A DNA stretch of 64,000 nucleotides from Candidatus Staskawiczbacteria bacterium. Its GTDB lineage: Bacteria > Patescibacteriota > Minisyncoccia > Minisyncoccales > Staskawiczbacteraceae. The notes under the pieces were generated by a model that was not told where the DNA came from, searched no databases, and saw only the letters and a list, made by a program, of their open reading frames with translations. This document shows positions 63,406-64,000 of this stretch, one piece after another (the first letter of the stretch is position 1; each line of letters begins with the position of its first letter). The position numbers and the translations under genes were made by a program. The stretch is taken from the NCBI GenBank assembly GCA_041661545.1, contig JBAZUH010000001.1:339877-403876 (forward strand), read 5' to 3'.

Positions 63406-63981
63406 ATGAGCATGAACCTAAAAAGCATTACTTATGTAAGCGTGATTGCAGTTGGTATAACCAGCATGTTTAGCAAGAAGGACTCAACCATAGCGATTAT
63501 AGGCTTAGTGTTGGCAATTATTGGTCTACTCATCCTTCTATGGGATATTCTTAGATCCAAGCCAAATAGTAACTCCAAGCAAATAACCTATGGCCAGTTT
63601 CTTGATACCATGGGCGATGTGGCGGAGGACTTTCCAAGCGCAAACGCATTTTTCCAAATGCTATATATCACCATTACTGGCTATCAATGGGAAATCCGCA
63701 GTGCGACACCCGTAGGTACAGAACACGTCAAACATTTCGTTGACATCATGCACCGAGATTTTTGGGAATTGATAAGCGAAGGAGATGCCGTAGGAGCTCT
63801 GCAATCGGAAGCGGGCGCATTCTTATGCGCTGTTCGCAATAAGTGCGTTGAGCTGGGCATTGATGTCGGTGGCATCAATTTTAACCCCCCGCTATCACCC
63901 AGAGAAACGCCTCTCACAAGTGGCAATAAAGATCTAACATTGGCCGACATATCGGTAGTTAACGACCACCCTGGAGACTGA
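63406..63981 (+). CDS. Island H membrane-anchored orphan protein (191 aa)
   Basis: Two N-terminal TM helices and a G+C-richer soluble domain. TTGACA lies at 63325-63330 and the leader is CA-rich (caaccaaccaacggaaacaacaccATG). Confidence 0.55.
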   Translation: MSMNLKSITYVSVIAVGITSMFSKKDSTIAIIGLVLAIIGLLILLWDILRSKPNSNSKQITYGQFLDTMGDVAEDFPSANAFFQMLYITITGYQWEIRSATPVGTEHVKHFVDIMHRDFWELISEGDAVGALQSEAGAFLCAVRNKCVELGIDVGGINFNPPLSPRETPLTSGNKDLTLADISVVNDHPGD

Positions 63982-64000
63982 ACTTTAAGCTTTACCCAGA

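Overview
AT-rich bacterial window with small, tightly packed genes. Gene content suggests a Patescibacteria/CPR (Parcubacteria-like) genome; this is inference from content and style, not a database hit.

Recognisable core genes:
- A complete F1Fo ATP synthase cluster, atpB-E-F-H-A / G-D-C, on the minus strand.
- Class Ia ribonucleotide reductase (nrdA, nrdB), tgt, sod, and a Fur-family regulator.
- A split transketolase, ftsE/ftsX, and prfB with the classical +1 frameshift site.
- typA, a DEAD-box helicase, an RRM RNA-binding protein, an NRAMP transporter, a Pif1-type helicase and a lepB-like peptidase.
- Four tRNAs. One is tRNA-Asn(GUU) interrupted by a 222-nt group I (IC3-like) intron.

The first 5.7 kb is one giant minus-strand ORF that the ORF track misses because it has no in-window stop. 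It encodes a four-module DUF2341/LamG/FN3 surface protein.

Three things look most unusual:
1. Eight short islands with visibly higher G+C are wedged between housekeeping genes. Each carries small orphan ORFs, and most have a recognisable promoter and terminator. Two flank or interrupt the ATP synthase cluster.
2. Families of G+C-rich palindromic or structured repeats occur in intergenic and 3'UTR positions. They show compensatory substitutions between copies, and some are inserted in frame inside conserved genes (tgt, atpA, nrdA, nrdB, a DUF192 gene), reminiscent of Rickettsia palindromic elements.
3. A GIY-YIG ORF is bracketed by tRNA-Gln and a duplicated tRNA-Gln 5' fragment, and a cassette-like gene array with a repeated intergenic motif lies next to the intron-containing tRNA.

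All calls come from reading the sequence and the ORF track. No searches were run. RNA and regulatory coordinates are good to a few nucleotides only.
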